From assembly GCA_024679065.1 (NCBI GenBank), contig JAGIQG010000009.1, forward strand, positions 81,716,001-81,780,000: DNA of 64,000 nucleotides, read 5' to 3'. Source of the DNA: Sphyrna mokarran (Eukaryota). This document shows, one piece after another, positions 62,576 through 64,000 of the stretch (position 1 is its first letter; every line of letters begins with the position of its first letter). Position numbers and translations under genes: made by a program. The notes beneath the pieces are model-generated. The model ran no database searches. It was not told the DNA's origin and worked only from the letters and a program-made list of their open reading frames with translations.

Positions 62576-63731
62576 GTGGAAAATAATTTAACACATTCAG
62601 GACCACTGTTATTTTCTACTTGGGGACAGGAGATCTGATATGGACACACAGATCAATAAGAATCTGACCTTTCAGCAAGTGACCTTTGAGATACAAAGAT
62701 GTTATCGAAGATAAAGAATATGTGTTAATAAACATGTGAGACTTTCAATCTGGATACGAAGCTACACACATCAGGAAGAAGGAGTTTCAATTTTGATAGT
62801 GGAAATTATAATTCTTACAAAGTTTAAAGGTTCAGGTTTGGATCCTGATAATGTTCTCAACAGGAAATGTTTATTGTAGAAGGTTTGACAACAATTGACA
62901 CAAATCCAAATGCTGAAAGCTTCTGTGCTGAAAGAAGAGTTTAAAATGTGTTTGTCTCTTCACAAAATATAAACCCAAACGTTTGATGGATGCAATTTGT
63001 AGCAGGGTTAAAGAAGGCAGATCAACAATAAAACTATTCGGATCTGGAATCATTTTAAAATCACCAGCAACAATCTCCAGAGTTACTTTTGAGAGAGTAG
63101 AATGTTGTTTCAGGTGTAAAGACCCACACTGATGTTAAATGTGACACTAATGTCACTGTGTATGACATTAACACACACACTATTACATGAAGCTCCCGCT
63201 TTCTTCTCAATCACCTCTGTTTCCTGAACATTGAGATTTCCCTTTGTTCCAAAACAACATCCAATATTCTGTAACTCTGAGCTAAATCCAGTGAATAATT
63301 ATCACACACAGGTTATATGGCAGCATTCGGGATCCCTGACTCCTTTACGGTGACAAACTCTCATCGTGTGGGTCGGACCCTCACTGGTTATGTATTCAGT
63401 CCAAGGTGGGACAGAATGTTAAACATCGACACTAGCCCAGACCGAATGTCTCGGGTTGCAGTGGAGAGAACCCTGATCACAACCAGAAAGTTTCTGGAAC
63501 AAAGCAATGGAACAATCCCAAGGGGAAGGGGGCAGGTGAACCTGGTCAGCGGAAAGAGCAGGAAAGTGGAGGATTCAGTGAGAAATGGAGGGGAGATGGT
63601 GAGAATGCAGAATAAATGGAGGGAAGTAGGGAGGGTGACAGCAGCTGGTGAAACTGTTGGAGTTGAATAGTTAGTGTGTGTATTTGATGTTATCAGAGAC
63701 TGTTGCTATCCAAAGTGGTAGAGATGCTGAT

Positions 63732-63994
63732 TGTAATAAGTGGAGGAGAGTGGATTTGGAAATAACTAACTAAAGGCTTTATTGATGAGAAAAACTATTT
63801 CCAATGAAGGGTTTAACAACACAAGCAGACAGATCTATTACCAACAACATCCTGACTCCAACTGAAGCCTCCAGTCCCAGGAATGATCACCCTCACTCCC
63901 AATTGGCCCAGGTTCACATCCTCACAGTCCATTGGCTCCGCTCTGGTCATGTGGCCTGTGAAGGATTGCCCCTTAAAGGGGCCAGGTTCACACA
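63732..63994 (-). mobile_element. Gypsy 3' LTR (paralog of 24540-24799)
   Basis: Colinear; the polypurine tract begins at the window edge. Confidence 0.55.
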
Positions 63995-64000
63995 CTCCTT

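Larger units (their letters stand above)
34263..64000 (+). repeat. Segmental duplication unit B (Ig kappa cluster 2 plus flanks), runs off the window
   Basis: Colinear with 530-24810. Confidence 0.93.

Overview
Eukaryotic genomic DNA from a cartilaginous fish (shark-like; species cannot be fixed from sequence alone). The window holds two same-orientation, unrearranged immunoglobulin kappa-type (elasmobranch type III/NS4-like) light-chain miniloci, each leader-V-12RSS...23RSS-J-intron-C-polyA (cluster 1 about 10.0-19.0 kb, cluster 2 about 43.4-57.3 kb). They lie inside a tandem segmental duplication (about 530-24810 matches about 34263-64000). Most other sequence is retrotransposon: many CR1-clade LINE copies (several young, cluster-specific and nested), tRNA-derived V-SINE/HE1-like and Deu-domain-like SINEs, a Ty3/Gypsy relic with LTR, and a Penelope-type palindrome with hammerhead-like cores. 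Main observations: (1) a 61-bp VNTR carrying two RSS-heptamer-like words per unit fills the V-J interval (13 vs 28 units); (2) an identical PU.1/IRF-type 14-mer occurs three times per cluster (upstream, promoter, and inverted downstream of C), next to a kB-site block present only in cluster 2; (3) a LINE family propagates a captured V-SINE in its 3' UTR; (4) germline V differences are CDR-focused tandem substitutions against near-identical promoter, leader and C. All alignments were done by eye. TE boundaries are approximate, and scattered 1-nt indels in repeats may be consensus errors.
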